Source: Octopus sinensis
Taxonomy: Eukaryota
Assembly (NCBI RefSeq): GCF_006345805.1
Contig: NC_043014.1
Span: 7,626,001 to 7,690,000 of the forward strand
Direction: 5' to 3'
DNA length: 64,000 bases
The position numbers and the translations under genes are program-made. The notes under the pieces were generated by a model, which had not been told where the DNA came from, made no database searches, and saw only the letters and a program-made list of their open reading frames with translations. Shown here one piece after another: positions 39,032 to 50,428 of this stretch (positions within the stretch are counted from its first letter, which is position 1; each line of letters begins with the position of its first letter).

Positions 39032-39114
39032 AATGATAATAATAATAACAATAATAATAATAATAATATAATAATAATAATATTATGATAATAATAATAA
39101 CAATAATAATAATA

Positions 39115-39145
<31 letters not shown>

Positions 39146-39323
39146 TATTGATAATAATAATAACAATAATAATAATAAAATATATGATAATAATAATAAC
39201 AATAATAATAATAATAATAATATAATAATAAATAATAATAATAATATATTGATAATAATAATAACAATATAATAATAATAATAATAATAATATAATAATA
39301 ATAATATATTGATAATAATAATA

Positions 39324-39361
<38 letters not shown>

Positions 39362-39403
39362 TAATAATAATAATATATTGATAATAATATAACAATAATA
39401 ATA

Positions 39404-39438
<35 letters not shown>

Positions 39439-39688
39439 TTGATATAATAATAACAATAATAATAATAATATAATAATAATAATATAATAATAATAATAAT
39501 ATATTGATAATAATAATAACAATAATAATAATAATATAATAATAATAATAATAATAATAATTAATTATATTATAATAATAATATAACAATAATAATAATA
39601 ATAATAATAATAATATATTGAGAAATAATAATAACAATAATAATAATAATATAATAATAATAATAATAATATATTGAATAATAATAAC

Positions 39689-39722
<34 letters not shown>

Positions 39723-39752
39723 TAATAATAATATATTGATAATAATAATAAC

Positions 39753-39786
<34 letters not shown>

Positions 39787-40038
39787 TATTGATAATAATA
39801 ATAACAATAATAAAGTAATAATAATAATAATAATAATATAATAATAATAATATGATTAATAATAATAAACAATAATAATAATATAATAATAATGATAATA
39901 ATAATAATAATAATAATATATGATAATAATAATAACAATAATAATAATAATAAAAATAATAATAATATTGTAATAATAAACAATTAATAATAATAATAAT
40001 AATAAAATAATATATTGATGTAATAATAATAAATAATA

Positions 40039-40073
<35 letters not shown>

Positions 40074-40148
40074 TATTGATAATAATAAGAACAATAATAA
40101 TAAATAATAATAATAATAATAAATAATAATATTGATAATAATAATAAC

Positions 40149-40182
<34 letters not shown>

Positions 40183-40652
40183 TATTGATTAATAAAATAA
40201 CAATAATAATAATAATAATAAATAATAATAATAATATTGATAATAATAATAACAATAATAAAATAATAATAATAATAATGAAATAATAATAATAATAATA
40301 ATAATGATAATAATGATAATAATGATAATAATAATAATAATAATGATAATAATAATAATAATATATTGTAATAATAATACAATATAATAATAATAATATA
40401 ATAATAATAATAAAATAATAATAATATATTGATAATAATAATAACAATAATAATAAATAATAATAATAATAATAATAATTGATAATATATAATAACAATA
40501 ATACAATAATAATAATAATAATAATAATAATATATTGATAATAATAATAACAATAATAATAAATAATAATAATAATAATAATAATAATATGATAATAATA
40601 ATAACAATAATAATAATATATAATAATAATAATATATTGATAATAAAATAAC

Positions 40653-40683
<31 letters not shown>

Positions 40684-40702
40684 TATTGATAATAATAATA
40701 AC

Positions 40703-40739
<37 letters not shown>

Positions 40740-40819
40740 TATTGATAATAATAATAACAATAATAAAATAATAATAATAATAATAATAATAATATAATAA
40801 TAATGATAATAATAATAAC

Positions 40820-40865
<46 letters not shown>

Positions 40866-41038
40866 TATGATAATAATAATACAATAATAATAATAATAAT
40901 AAAATAATATAATAATAATATATTGATAATAATAATAACAATAATAATAATAATAATAATAATATAATAATATATATTGATAATAATAATAACAATAATA
41001 ATAATAATAATAAAATAATATATTGATAAAATAATACC

Positions 41039-41083
<45 letters not shown>

Positions 41084-41159
41084 TATGATAATAATAATAA
41101 ACAATAATAATAATATAATAATAAAATAATAATAATAATATATTGATAATAATAATAAC

Positions 41160-41191
<32 letters not shown>

Positions 41192-41393
41192 TAATAATAA
41201 TGATAATAATAATAATAAAATATAATAATAATAATAATATATTGATAATAATAATAACAATAATAATATAATAATAATAATAATGAAATAATAATAATAA
41301 TAATATAATGATAAGAAATGATAATAATGATAATAATAATAATAATAATAATAATGATAATATAATAATAATATAGATGATAATAATAATAAC

Positions 41394-41430
<37 letters not shown>

Positions 41431-41458
41431 TATATAATATATTGATAATAATAATAAC

Positions 41459-41489
<31 letters not shown>

Positions 41490-41555
41490 GATAATAATAA
41501 TGATATAATAATAATAATAATATAATAATAAATATTGATAATAATAATAACAATA

Positions 41556-41586
<31 letters not shown>

Positions 41587-41754
41587 AATGATAATAATAA
41601 TAATAATAATAATAATGATAATAATAATAATAATTATTGATAATAATAATAACAATAATAATAATAATAATAATAATATAATAATAATAATAATATATTG
41701 TAATAATAAAACCAATAATAATAAAATAATAATATAATAATAATAATAATAATG

Positions 41755-41829
<75 letters not shown>

Positions 41830-42404
41830 TATATATTGATAATAATAATAACAATAATAATAATAATAATAATAATAATATATAATGATAATAATGATAA
41901 TAATGATAATAATAATAATAATAATAATAATGATAATAATATAATAATAATAATAATAATGATAATAATGATAATAATAATAATGATAATAATGAATAAT
42001 GATAATAATAATAAATAATAATAATAATGATTAATAATAATAATAATAATAATGATAATAATGATAATAATGATAATAATAATAATAATAATGATAATAA
42101 TAATATAATAATAATAATGATAATAATGATAATAATGATAATAATAATAATAATAATAATAATGATAATAATAAAATAATAATAATAATAATAATGATAA
42201 TAATGATAATAATAATAATAATAATAATAATGATAATAATAATAATAATATATATGATAATAATAATAATCCATTAATAATAATAATAATAATAATAATA
42301 CTATAATAATAATAATATATGATTAATAATAATAACAATAATAATAATAATAATAATATAATAATAATAATAATATAATGAATAATAAAAATAATATAAT
42401 AATG

Positions 42405-42437
<33 letters not shown>

Positions 42438-42489
42438 TATTGATAATAATAATACAATAATAATAATAATAATAATAATAAATATAATG

Positions 42490-42525
<36 letters not shown>

Positions 42526-42648
42526 TATTGATAATAATAATAACCAATAATAATAATAATAATTAATAATAATAATAATAAATAATAATAATGATAATAA
42601 TAATAATAATAATAATAAAATAATATATGATAATAATAATAACAATAA

Positions 42649-42679
<31 letters not shown>

Positions 42680-42709
42680 TAATAATAATATATTGATAAT
42701 AATAATAAC

Positions 42710-42749
<40 letters not shown>

Positions 42750-42856
42750 TAATAATTAATAATAATAATAATATATTGATAATAATAATAACAATAATAA
42801 TAATAATAATAATAATAATGATAATAATGATAATAATATATTGATATAATAATAAC

Positions 42857-42896
<40 letters not shown>

Positions 42897-42923
42897 TATG
42901 ATAATTATAATAATAAATAATAA

Positions 42924-42975
<52 letters not shown>

Positions 42976-42977
42976 GA

Positions 42978-43015
<38 letters not shown>

Positions 43016-43034
43016 TATTGATAATAATAATAAC

Positions 43035-43074
<40 letters not shown>

Positions 43075-43102
43075 TATGATAATAATAATAACAATAATAT
43101 AA

Positions 43103-43145
<43 letters not shown>

Positions 43146-43242
43146 ATATTGATAATAATAATAACAATAATAATATAATAATAATAATAATGATAATAAT
43201 GATAATAATATATTGATAATAATAATAACAATAATAATAATA

Positions 43243-43274
<32 letters not shown>

Positions 43275-43294
43275 TATTGATAATAAATAATAAC

Positions 43295-43332
<38 letters not shown>

Positions 43333-43482
43333 TAATAATAATAATAATAATAATAATATATTGATATAATAATAACAATAATAATAATAATAATAAAATA
43401 ATAATAATAATAATAATAATATATTGATAATAATAATAACAATAATAATAATAATAATAATAATAGAATAATAATAATAATG

Positions 43483-43515
<33 letters not shown>

Positions 43516-43613
43516 TATTGATAAAATAATAAACCAATAATAATAATAATAATAATAATAATGAATAATGATAATAATATATGATAATAATAATAACAAT
43601 AATAATAATAAAA

Positions 43614-43644
<31 letters not shown>

Positions 43645-43659
43645 TGATATAATAATAAC

Positions 43660-43703
<44 letters not shown>

Positions 43704-43811
43704 TAATAATATATAATAATAATAATAATATATTGATAATAATAATAACAATAATATATAATAATAATAATAATGAAATAATGATAATAATATATTGATA
43801 ATAATAATAAC

Positions 43812-43854
<43 letters not shown>

Positions 43855-43873
43855 TATTGATAATAATAATAAC

Positions 43874-43955
<82 letters not shown>

Positions 43956-44036
43956 TATTGATAATAATAATAACAATAATAATAATAATAATAATAATGA
44001 TAATAATGATAATAATATATTGATAATAATAATAAC

Positions 44037-44067
<31 letters not shown>

Positions 44068-44086
44068 TATTGATAATAATAATAAC

Positions 44087-44135
<49 letters not shown>

Positions 44136-44488
44136 TATTGATAATAATAATAACAATAATAATAATAATAATAATAATAATGATAATAATGATAATAATA
44201 TTGATAATAATAATAACAATAATAATAATAATAATAATAATAAAATAATTGATAATAATAAACAATAATAATAATAAAATAATAATAATAATAATAATAA
44301 TATATTGATAATAATAATAACAATAATAATAATAGTACTAATCATCATCATCATCATCATCATTTAGCGTCTGCTTTCCATGCTAGCATGGGTTGGACGG
44401 TTCAACTGGGGTCTGGGAAGCCAGAAGGCTGCGCCAGGCCCAGTCTGATCTGGCAGTGTTTCTACGGCTGGATGCCCTTCCTAACGCC

Positions 44489-44527
<39 letters not shown>

Positions 44528-45837
44528 TGGTAATAATACTAATGATAATGATATTAATAATAATATTTCTAATAATTGAAATTCTTTTTTTTTAATTACA
44601 GAGGATCTATTGATTGCATTTCACTAATTAACGACTCGTGTTTTATATCTGGTGGAGATGATAAGTATGATCTTTGTTCTGTCTTTTTGGCCCCTTTTTC
44701 TTTCCTTTTTTCTTTGCTGTTCTTTCATTTTTCTTTTTGATTTTATTGGTATTGAATCCGGCCCAAATATTCCATATGTTTTATGTTGCCACTGGCCAGA
44801 TAAGGCCTCTCACACCTACCCTGCAATGTCATTCTAAAACTTAACAATCATAGACGCAGGTATGTCTGTGTGGTTAAGAAGCTTGCTTCCCAACCACATG
44901 GTTCTGGGTTCAGTCCTACTGTGTGGCATCTTGGGCAAGTGTCTTCTGTTGTAGCCTTGGATTGACCAAAGCCCTGTAGAAACGTTTTGCCTCCTTTTTG
45001 GGGTGTGCCACCCTTGTGTCTTTTCCTTGTACATGATAGCATGATTCGATTTGAGGCAGGTTTGGCTGCTATTTCTTGCAAGTCCATGAAAATATAGTCT
45101 TGTTGGTTTTAATGGCATTAGGGCCTCATGGAGGTGACAAGGGGGTGAAACCTTTAGTGACATGCTGTGTCAAGCCAGGTAAGAGCATAGCTGTGGCCCG
45201 TGCCTGTGTCACATAAGTGGCACCTGTACTGGTGGCACAAAATGCACCCATTGGCAGAATCCCCAAGGACATACTCTACGGAGAGCTTGCTAGGGGTACT
45301 AGGTCTGTGGGTAGACCGTTCTTACGTTACAAGGATGTTTGCAAAAGGGACATGAAGGCCTGCAACATCAATATTACCAACTGGGAAGCAGTTGCCAGCA
45401 ACCGTGGAGATTGGCGACTTACAGTAAAAGAGGGAACGCAAAGGAGAGACAGAGAGAGAGGGGAGAAATGGAAAGACAAGAAAAGACGTCAACAAGAAAC
45501 TATGACATTATAACCAGCCAGGCAAAGTCTTCGCTACATTTGCGGTACCTGCCAGAGGGAGTGTTTGTCCAGGATAGGACTACACAGCCACAGCAGGAAA
45601 TGTATCAGGACATGAAATGTAAAAGCCGGACTAGATATTTTAAGCATAACTCCATTGTCTCCCGAGGCAAAAAGGATACCAACAACAACATTCTTGGAGT
45701 GGTTGGCGTTAGGAAGAGCATCCAGCTGTAGAAAACCATGCTAAATCAGACTGGAACCTGGAGTGACTCTCTGGCTTAACCATTTTCAATCAAACCATCA
45801 AACACCCATGCCAGCATGGAAAGCAGACACTACATGC

Positions 45838-45872
<35 letters not shown>

Positions 45873-47507
45873 GTTAGTTGTAGTAATAGTAGTGGAGTAA
45901 CACCTGTATATTAGGCTTGCTCATTATTTACATTATTTACATTTGACGAATATTTGTCCTCATCTTGTTTGTTGTTAACACAACATTTCTGCTGATATAC
46001 CCTCCAGCCTTCATCAGGTGTCTGGGGCAAATTTCGAACCTGGGTTCTCATTCCTAAGGTATTTTTTGATGTTATTATTATTATTATTATTATTATCATT
46101 ATTCAGGTCACTACCTGGAATCGAACTCGGAATCTTGGGGTTAGTAGCCCATGCTCTTAACCACTACGCCGTATGCCCATGGTTAAGAGTGCAGGCTACT
46201 AACCCCAAGACTCCGAGTTCGATTCCAGGCAGTGAACTGAATAATAATAATGACATTGAAAAATACCTTAGGAATGACAACCCAGGCTCGAAATTTCTCC
46301 AAGACACCTGATGAAGGCTGGAGTGTTAGCAAACAAGATGAGGGCAGATATCCATCAAATGTAAATAATGTAAATAATGTAAATAATTCCTCATCTCTTA
46401 AATATAGAACTGTCCTAGGCTTGCTGTTTTGGGGCTTCTGTTTGCATTAACCCTTTAGCATTTAAACCGGCCATATCCGGCCAAAAGTATTCTGCCTGTT
46501 CTATGTTCAAACTGGCCAGATCTGGTCTCTCACACCAACCCTACAATATCATTTTTAAAAAATCTCAAAGCTACAAGATAATGCAGGATTAGTTCAAAGC
46601 AATGTGGATAAAAAAGGATTAATTTTGGTAGAATAATGCGAACACTAAAGGGTTAATTAGTTATCGTATTTAATTCTGTTCCTTTCTTGTTTCCCCATCG
46701 GCAGTTGTCTGTGCTTGTGGAATGTGGCTAAGAAGAAGCCAGTAGCTGTCTGCGTAAAAGCCCATTCTGGGGCAAAGGACGGTGTAAATACAGTGGCTGG
46801 TGAAAACTGGATATCATCCGTTGCAGCTATGCAGCACACAGATTTGGTTGCATCAGGTTAGTGCAGACAAATGCACTTGGTATTTTGTGCATCTCTTTCT
46901 CTCTCCCTGTCTCTCTCTCTGTCTCTCTCTCCCTGTCTCTCTTTCTCTCTCTCTGTCTCTCTCTTTCTCTCTCTCTCCCTGTCTCTCTCTTTCTCTCTCT
47001 CTGTCTCTCTCCCACTCTCTCTTTCTCTCTCTGTCTCTCTCTCTCTCCGTCTCTCTTTCTCTATCTGTCTCTCTCTCTCCCTGTCTCTCTTTCTCTCTCT
47101 TTCTCTATCTGTCTCTCTCTCTCCCTGTCTCTCTTTCTCTCTGTCTCTCTCCTCTCTCTTTCTCTCTCCCTCTCTCTCTGTCTCTCTGTCACTGTCTCTC
47201 TCCCTCTCTTTTTTTGGTTTTATTTATTCTTCTGAGGCTTAGTGGTTCGGGTGTTAAGCTCATTCTTTTACTTGTTTCAGTCATTTTGACTGTGGCCATG
47301 CTGGAGCACCACCTTTAGTTGAGCAAAAACTTTTAGTTGGGGCGAAAGAGTACAGCAGGGATCGCCACCACCCCCTGCTGGAGCCTCGTGGAGCTTTAGG
47401 TGTTTTCGCTCAATAAACACTCACAACGCCCGGTCTGGGAATCGAAACCGCAAGTCCGCTGCCCTAACCATTGGGCCATTGCACCTCCACACACATATAT
47501 ATAATAT

Positions 47508-47561
<54 letters not shown>

Positions 47562-49037
47562 TTCCTTTCTCATTTCCCCACCCGCAGTTGTCTGTGCTTG
47601 TGAAATGTGGCTAAGAAGAAACCAGTAGCTGTCTGCATAAAAGCCCATTCTGGGGCAAAGGACGGTGTAAATACAGTGGCTGGCGAAAACGACGGTGCAT
47701 CAGCATGGCCACAGCTCTGAGCTGAAACTAGAAAAAAAAATATATATACGACAGGCTTCTTTCAGTTTCCATCTATCGAATCCACTCACAAGGCTATAGT
47801 AGAAGAGACTAACCCATGGGCCTACGAATTCTTCGTCTTAACCCTTCATCAGAACCTAATTCTAGATATTTCTTTTTTGTCCCTTTGTCATTAACAGGTT
47901 CTAAAGATGGTTTCCTTCGTTTCTGGAAATGTGGACAAGGCTTTAAGAATCTCAAATCTTTGTTTGCAGTTCAAATTGTGAGTTTCTCTTTTCTCTGTAT
48001 GCTTTTTCGTGTTTGTTTGTTGTAATTCGGTTGTATTTTTTTTCAAAGTTTGGGGTTGGCGCAGAGGTGCATGCTTCACCACAGGACCCTGGTAATATGT
48101 GGGTAGGGTCATGGTACTTCAGAAAGGAGCGTGAATAAGTATTAACCCTTTAGTATTTAAACCGGCCATATCCAGCCAAAATAGCTAATCTGTTTTATGT
48201 TCAAACTGACCAGATCCAGGCTCTCACACCTACCCTACAATGTTATTCTACATTAAGTAATTACACCATCAAGATCTTGAAGATATGAGATAATGCATGA
48301 TTAATTCAAATCAATGAGAATCAATAGGCATTATGTTTGATAGAATAATCTGAACACTAAAGGGTTAAATGAATAAATCTTGGATTAAGTTAAGTTAAGT
48401 TAATTTTTTTGGCTCAAAAAGCAAAAAGCAAGGCCATGTAGGGGGACATGGAGTTAAGTACAGGGTGGTGTTCATGCAAAGAGTTCAGGCCATTTCTGGT
48501 CAAGGGAGACTTTGAACCGAGCGGTCGTTGGCATCTTCACTATCTCGTCCGGCAGCTTATTCCACGGATCCGCAACCCGGACGGAGAAAGCCCCTCTCCT
48601 TTGATTGAGATGAAATCGTCGCAGGTAGAGCTTTTCGAAGTGACCCCGCAGCCGACGCTCTGGAGCAGGAGTGAAGAACAGCTTTTAAAATTTTAATTAG
48701 ACTTTCATCTTCATCATTGTCGCTTAACAGCTATATTCCGTGCAGATATGGGTGGGACAGTTTGATAGGAGCCGGCCAGGCAAGAGCCTGCACCAAACCT
48801 CCACAACTGTTTTGGTAGGACTTTTACAGCTTGATGCCCTTCCTAACACCAACCCAACCACTCAGCAGAGTGGACTAAGTGGTTTTTACATGTCACAAGC
48901 ACAGGCAAGGTCAGTTTTCGCAAGGTTTTTACAGCTGGATGCCCTTCCAAATGCCAACCACATTACTGTGTGGACTGGGTGCTTCTAAGTGGCACCTGCA
49001 CTGATAGGGTCACCAAATACTTGCAAGACAATATATG

Positions 49038-49069
<32 letters not shown>

Positions 49070-50428
49070 ATATCTATATCTATATATATATATATATATA
49101 TGTATTACTCTTTTACTTGTTTTGGCCATTTTGACTGCGGCCATGCTGGAGCACTGCCTTTAGTCGAGCAAATCGACCCTAGGACTTATTCTTTGTAAGC
49201 CTAGTACTTATTCTATCAGTCTCTTTTGCTGAACCGCTAAGTTACAGAATGTAAACACACCAGCAACGGTTGTCAAGTGATGTTGGGGGGACAAATACTG
49301 GCACACAAACATACACATACACACACACGCATGCACACACACATATATATGCATATATACGACAGTAAAGAAATAGGGTAGTAAAGAAATAGGTATTTTG
49401 TCTGCCGTTACGTTCTGAGTTCAAATTCCGCCGAGGTCGACTTTGCCTTTCATCCTTTCGGGGTTGATTAAATAAGTACCAGTTACGCACTGGGGTCGAT
49501 ATAATCGACTTAATCCGTTTGTCTGTCCTTATTTGTCCCCTCTGTGTTTAGCCCCTTGTGGGTAGTAAAGAAATAGGTATTTCGTCTGCTGCTACGTTCT
49601 AAGTTCAAATTCTGCCGAGGTCGACTTTGCCTGTCATCTTTTTGTGGTCGATCAATTCAGTACCAGTTACGCACTGGGGTCGATATAATCAACTTAATCC
49701 ATTTACTCTTTTACTCTCTTTTACTTGTTTCAGTCATTTGATTGTGGCCATGCTGGAGCACCGCCTTTAGTCGAGCAAATCGACCCCGGGACTTATTCTT
49801 TTGTAAGCCCAGTACTTATTCTATCGGTCTCTTTTGCCGAACCGCTAAGTAACGGGGACATAAACACACCAGCATCGATTGTCAAGCAATGCTAGGGGGA
49901 TAAACATAGACACACAAATGCATATATATATATATACGACAGGCTTCTTTCAGTTTCCATCTACCAAATCCACTCACAAGGCTTTGGTCGGCCCGAGGCT
50001 ATAGTAGAAGACACTTGCCCAAGGTGCCACACAGTGGGACTGAACCCGGAACCATGTGGTTGGTAAACAAGCTACTTACCACACAGCCACTCCTGCGTCT
50101 GTCTTTGTTTGTCCCCTCTGTGTTTAACCCCTTGTGGGTAGTAAAGAAATAGATATCTGGTATGCGGAATTTCCATCTGACTACACATGAACAGGCAAGC
50201 TGTTTCCAAGTCCCCTATTTTTGTACATGTATGTTCACGTTGGCATTAATATTTCTTGTTCTTTTTTGTCCCCTCAAATTTCAGCCTGGATTCATCAATT
50301 CCATCCAATTTTCCAAAGACGGGTCCTTCGTTGCGGCTGGCGTCGGTCAAGAACACAAATCTGGCAGATGGTGGCGAATAAAAGAAGCAAAGAATGCTGT
50401 TTGTGTAATCAAGTTACGGACATCTTAG
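16688..50428 (+). CDS. RRP9: U3 snoRNA-interacting protein 2 (U3-55K), WD40 repeat protein; 14 exons, 466 aa
   Basis: Exons 16688-16783, 20346-20398, 21421-21566, 24593-24636, 26541-26582, 27558-27684, 29685-29809, 33320-33412, 34577-34677, 37661-37795, 44602-44664, 46705-46856, 47898-47977, 50285-50428 join in frame with matching phases (1401 nt). Motifs ETAQEKKIRLAKKYL, GHRDAITGLAFRK, FGHQD..GGRDGSVRIWKI.EESQLVF.GH and GQEH..GRWWRIKEAKN match RRP9. Confidence 0.95.
16984..17214. mobile_element. GC-rich MITE in RRP9 intron 1
   Basis: Long TIRs GGTACTA(T/C)TTAAGAAGAGTGGTCCCGGTGCGCGCACTCG. Confidence 0.75.
18014..18921. mobile_element. Same MITE, reversed, with internal triplication
   Basis: Internal units begin at 18090, 18292, 18488. 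Confidence 0.8.
19398..19775 (+). mobile_element. SINE family A
   Basis: Diverged full-length match. Confidence 0.8.
20346..20398 (+). CDS. RRP9: RRP9 exon 2 (EPTESSNNKQEEEIESD)
   Basis: TTTCAG acceptor, AG|GTGAGA donor, phase 0 to 2. Confidence 0.8.
21421..21566 (+). CDS. RRP9: RRP9 exon 3 (acidic region, ETAQEKKIRLAKKYLAEL)
   Basis: CCTTCCAG acceptor, G|GTGAGT donor, conserved motif. Confidence 0.92.
21862..22318. mobile_element. Family G: 171-bp inverted arms plus one-sided 3' extension, between (TA)n tracts
   Basis: 21862-22032 vs 22054-22224 (one mismatch seen); extension homologous to 57061-57155. Confidence 0.85.
22099..22189 (+). ncRNA. Type I hammerhead ribozyme fold; mirror copy at 21897-21987 on the minus strand
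   Basis: CTGAAGA 22105-22111, GAAAC-AATT-GTA 22171-22182, stem I AATTGG/CTAAATT. Confidence 0.7.
22434..22468 (-). ncRNA. Minimal Penelope-type hammerhead fold
   Basis: GTTT-CTGACGA-A-GAG(CTCCA)CTC-GAAA-CGTT-AAAC. Confidence 0.6.
24054..24505 (-). mobile_element. 5'-truncated non-LTR retro-insertion (possibly L1/Tx1-like)
   Basis: Perfect 19-bp TSD CACACAATCTAATTATAAA (24035-24053, 24506-24524); AATAAA at the minus-strand 3' end; clade is a guess. Confidence 0.6.
24593..24636 (+). CDS. RRP9: RRP9 exon 4 (DKRDAISDRLKHDF)
   Basis: TTTTGTAG acceptor, GTAAGT donor, phase 1 to 0. Confidence 0.88.
24735..25468 (+). repeat. Tandem array (3 x about 252 bp) of TTAA-flanked MITE family H
   Basis: Units TTAA|CCTTTT...AAAAGGG|TTAA separated by GAATTGTTTCTCTATTATATATT. 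Confidence 0.85.
25997..26450. mobile_element. Family F head-to-head pair
   Basis: Minus copy 25997-26245; headless plus copy about 26310-26450. Confidence 0.75.
26541..26582 (+). CDS. RRP9: RRP9 exon 5 (LEQSGKLNKQVADE)
   Basis: TTCCAG acceptor, GAG|GTAAGT donor. Confidence 0.88.
26924..27326 (+). mobile_element. Helentron/HINE-like non-autonomous element
   Basis: 5' TACTAGCAGTAT..GCGTTGCTCGGG and 3' CTTTATATATAGAGAT shared with 55176-55561; class inferred. Confidence 0.5.
27558..27684 (+). CDS. RRP9: RRP9 exon 6 (first WD40 repeat, GHKLPITCIVIT...SASKDCSIIKW)
   Basis: TTTTAG acceptor, GTAAGC donor, GH...KW repeat. Confidence 0.93.
28420..28630 (+). mobile_element. RTE LINE C-terminal fragment
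   Basis: WYGHVLRMNEDSCVRKC..GRSRKTWDEVV..DRDLWR. Confidence 0.8.
29357..29655 (+). mobile_element. Family F: tRNA-headed SINE-like element with a hammerhead ribozyme fold
   Basis: Head TGGCATAGTGGTTAAGAGCG...GGTTCGATTCC, AT-rich linker, hammerhead at 29551-29596, (AATGTAAAT)n tail. Confidence 0.75.
29551..29596 (+). ncRNA. Minimal type I hammerhead fold in family F
   Basis: GACAC-CTGACGA-A-GGCTGG(AGGGTATA)CCAGCC-GAAA-TGTT-GTGTT. Confidence 0.65.
29685..29809 (+). CDS. RRP9: RRP9 exon 7 (GHTTHILALAISSDGEFL)
   Basis: GACAG acceptor, CTG|GTGAGT donor. Confidence 0.93.
29905..30282 (+). mobile_element. tRNA-derived SINE family E
   Basis: GCCCAGTGGTTAGGGCAGCGGACTCGCG head; 26-bp flanking direct repeat (25/26); relatives at 47340-47495 (-) and 57360-57570 (+). 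Confidence 0.75.
30964..31775. mobile_element. Same MITE carrying a nested SINE A
   Basis: TIRs intact; colinear with 11727-12142 once the SINE is removed. Confidence 0.8.
31014..31404 (+). mobile_element. SINE family A nested in a MITE
   Basis: GTAACT duplicated at 31008-31013 and 31405-31410. Confidence 0.85.
31840..32245 (-). mobile_element. SINE family A
   Basis: Diverged match. Confidence 0.75.
32764..33176 (+). mobile_element. SINE family A
   Basis: Full-length match. Confidence 0.85.
33320..33412 (+). CDS. RRP9: RRP9 exon 8 (VSGDKSKLIHIW...GHRDAIT)
   Basis: AAG acceptor (non-YAG), GTAAGT donor, phase 0 to 0. Confidence 0.9.
33598..34265 (+). repeat. Tandem array of MITE family H (about 2.7 units)
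   Basis: Same unit and spacer. Confidence 0.85.
34577..34677 (+). CDS. RRP9: RRP9 exon 9 (GLAFRKNTHQMFSCSQDRSVKVWD...YVETL)
   Basis: TTCAG acceptor, GTAAGT donor. Confidence 0.93.
34772..35225 (+). mobile_element. SINE family A
   Basis: Diverged full-length match. Confidence 0.75.
36810..37506 (+). repeat. Tandem array of MITE family H (about 3 units)
   Basis: Same unit and spacer. Confidence 0.85.
37661..37795 (+). CDS. RRP9: RRP9 exon 10 (FGHQDTIT...GGRDGSVRIWKILEESQLVFNGH)
   Basis: TTCCAG acceptor, GTAAGT donor. Confidence 0.95.
37848..38240 (+). mobile_element. SINE family A
   Basis: Full-length match just after exon 10. Confidence 0.85.
39000..44333. repeat. 5.3-kb compound (AAT)n satellite in RRP9 intron 10
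   Basis: AAT runs punctuated by recurring AATATATTGATAATAATAATAACAAT. Confidence 0.97.
44602..44664 (+). CDS. RRP9: RRP9 exon 11 (GSIDCISLINDSCFISGGDD)
   Basis: TACAG acceptor, GTATGA donor, phase 2 to 2. Confidence 0.92.
45253..45690 (+). mobile_element. 5'-truncated RTE (BovB-like) LINE end
   Basis: GRIPKDILYGEL..GRPFLRYKDVCKRDMK..WE..A.NR..WR; remnant Cys/His finger; (CAA)n tail. Confidence 0.8.
45921..46412. mobile_element. Family F head-to-head pair
   Basis: Minus copy 45921-46178 directly abutting plus copy 46179-46412. Confidence 0.8.
46447..46656. mobile_element. TTAA-flanked MITE family I
   Basis: TTAA|CCCTTTAG...CTAAAGGG|TTAA; relatives at 48142-48368 and 34262-34475. Confidence 0.8.
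46705..46856 (+). CDS. RRP9: RRP9 exon 12 (CLCLWNVAKKKP...WISSVAAMQHTDLVASG)
   Basis: GGCAG acceptor, CAG|GTTAGT donor. Confidence 0.93.
46890..47205. repeat. (CT)n/(CTGT) microsatellite in intron 12
   Basis: Direct inspection. Confidence 0.95.
47570..47690 (+). pseudogene. Truncated duplicate of RRP9 exon 12 with acceptor and premature stop
   Basis: 47588-47690 matches 46705-46807; TGG changed to TGA at 47601-47603; acceptor CCCCACCCGCAG retained. Confidence 0.9.
47898..47977 (+). CDS. RRP9: RRP9 exon 13 (SKDGFLRFWKCGQGFKNLKSLFAVQI)
   Basis: AACAG acceptor, GTGAGT donor. Confidence 0.93.
48385..48686 (-). mobile_element. CR1-type LINE 3' fragment
   Basis: Minus-strand frame LRGHFEKL..RRGAFSVRVADPWNKLPDEIV..FKVSLD*, (TTAAC)n tail. 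Confidence 0.85.
49083..50152. mobile_element. Nested cluster: two minus-strand SINE A copies interleaved with tandem plus-strand SINE B units
   Basis: A at 49083-49365 (truncated), B units at 49393-49700, A at 49705-50098, B unit resumes at 50099-50152. Confidence 0.75.
50285..50428 (+). CDS. RRP9: RRP9 exon 14, terminal (PGFINSIQFS...GQEHKSGRWWRIKEAKNAVCVIKLRTS*)
   Basis: TTTCAG acceptor, TAG stop at 50426-50428. Confidence 0.95.
   Translation, partial: PGFINSIQFSKDGSFVAAGVGQEHKSGRWWRIKEAKNAVCVIKLRTS

Noticed and set aside
39083-42274. 1063-aa ORF and many neighbouring I/L/Y-rich ORFs
   Set aside because: They are translations of the (AAT)n satellite inside an RRP9 intron; no real coding signal.
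46800-47318. Ser/Leu-rich ORFs
   Set aside because: They come from the (CT)n microsatellite in intron 12.
16784-50284. Intronic snoRNAs in RRP9
   Set aside because: No convincing C/D or H/ACA box pair with a terminal stem was found by eye; needs snoscan or Infernal.
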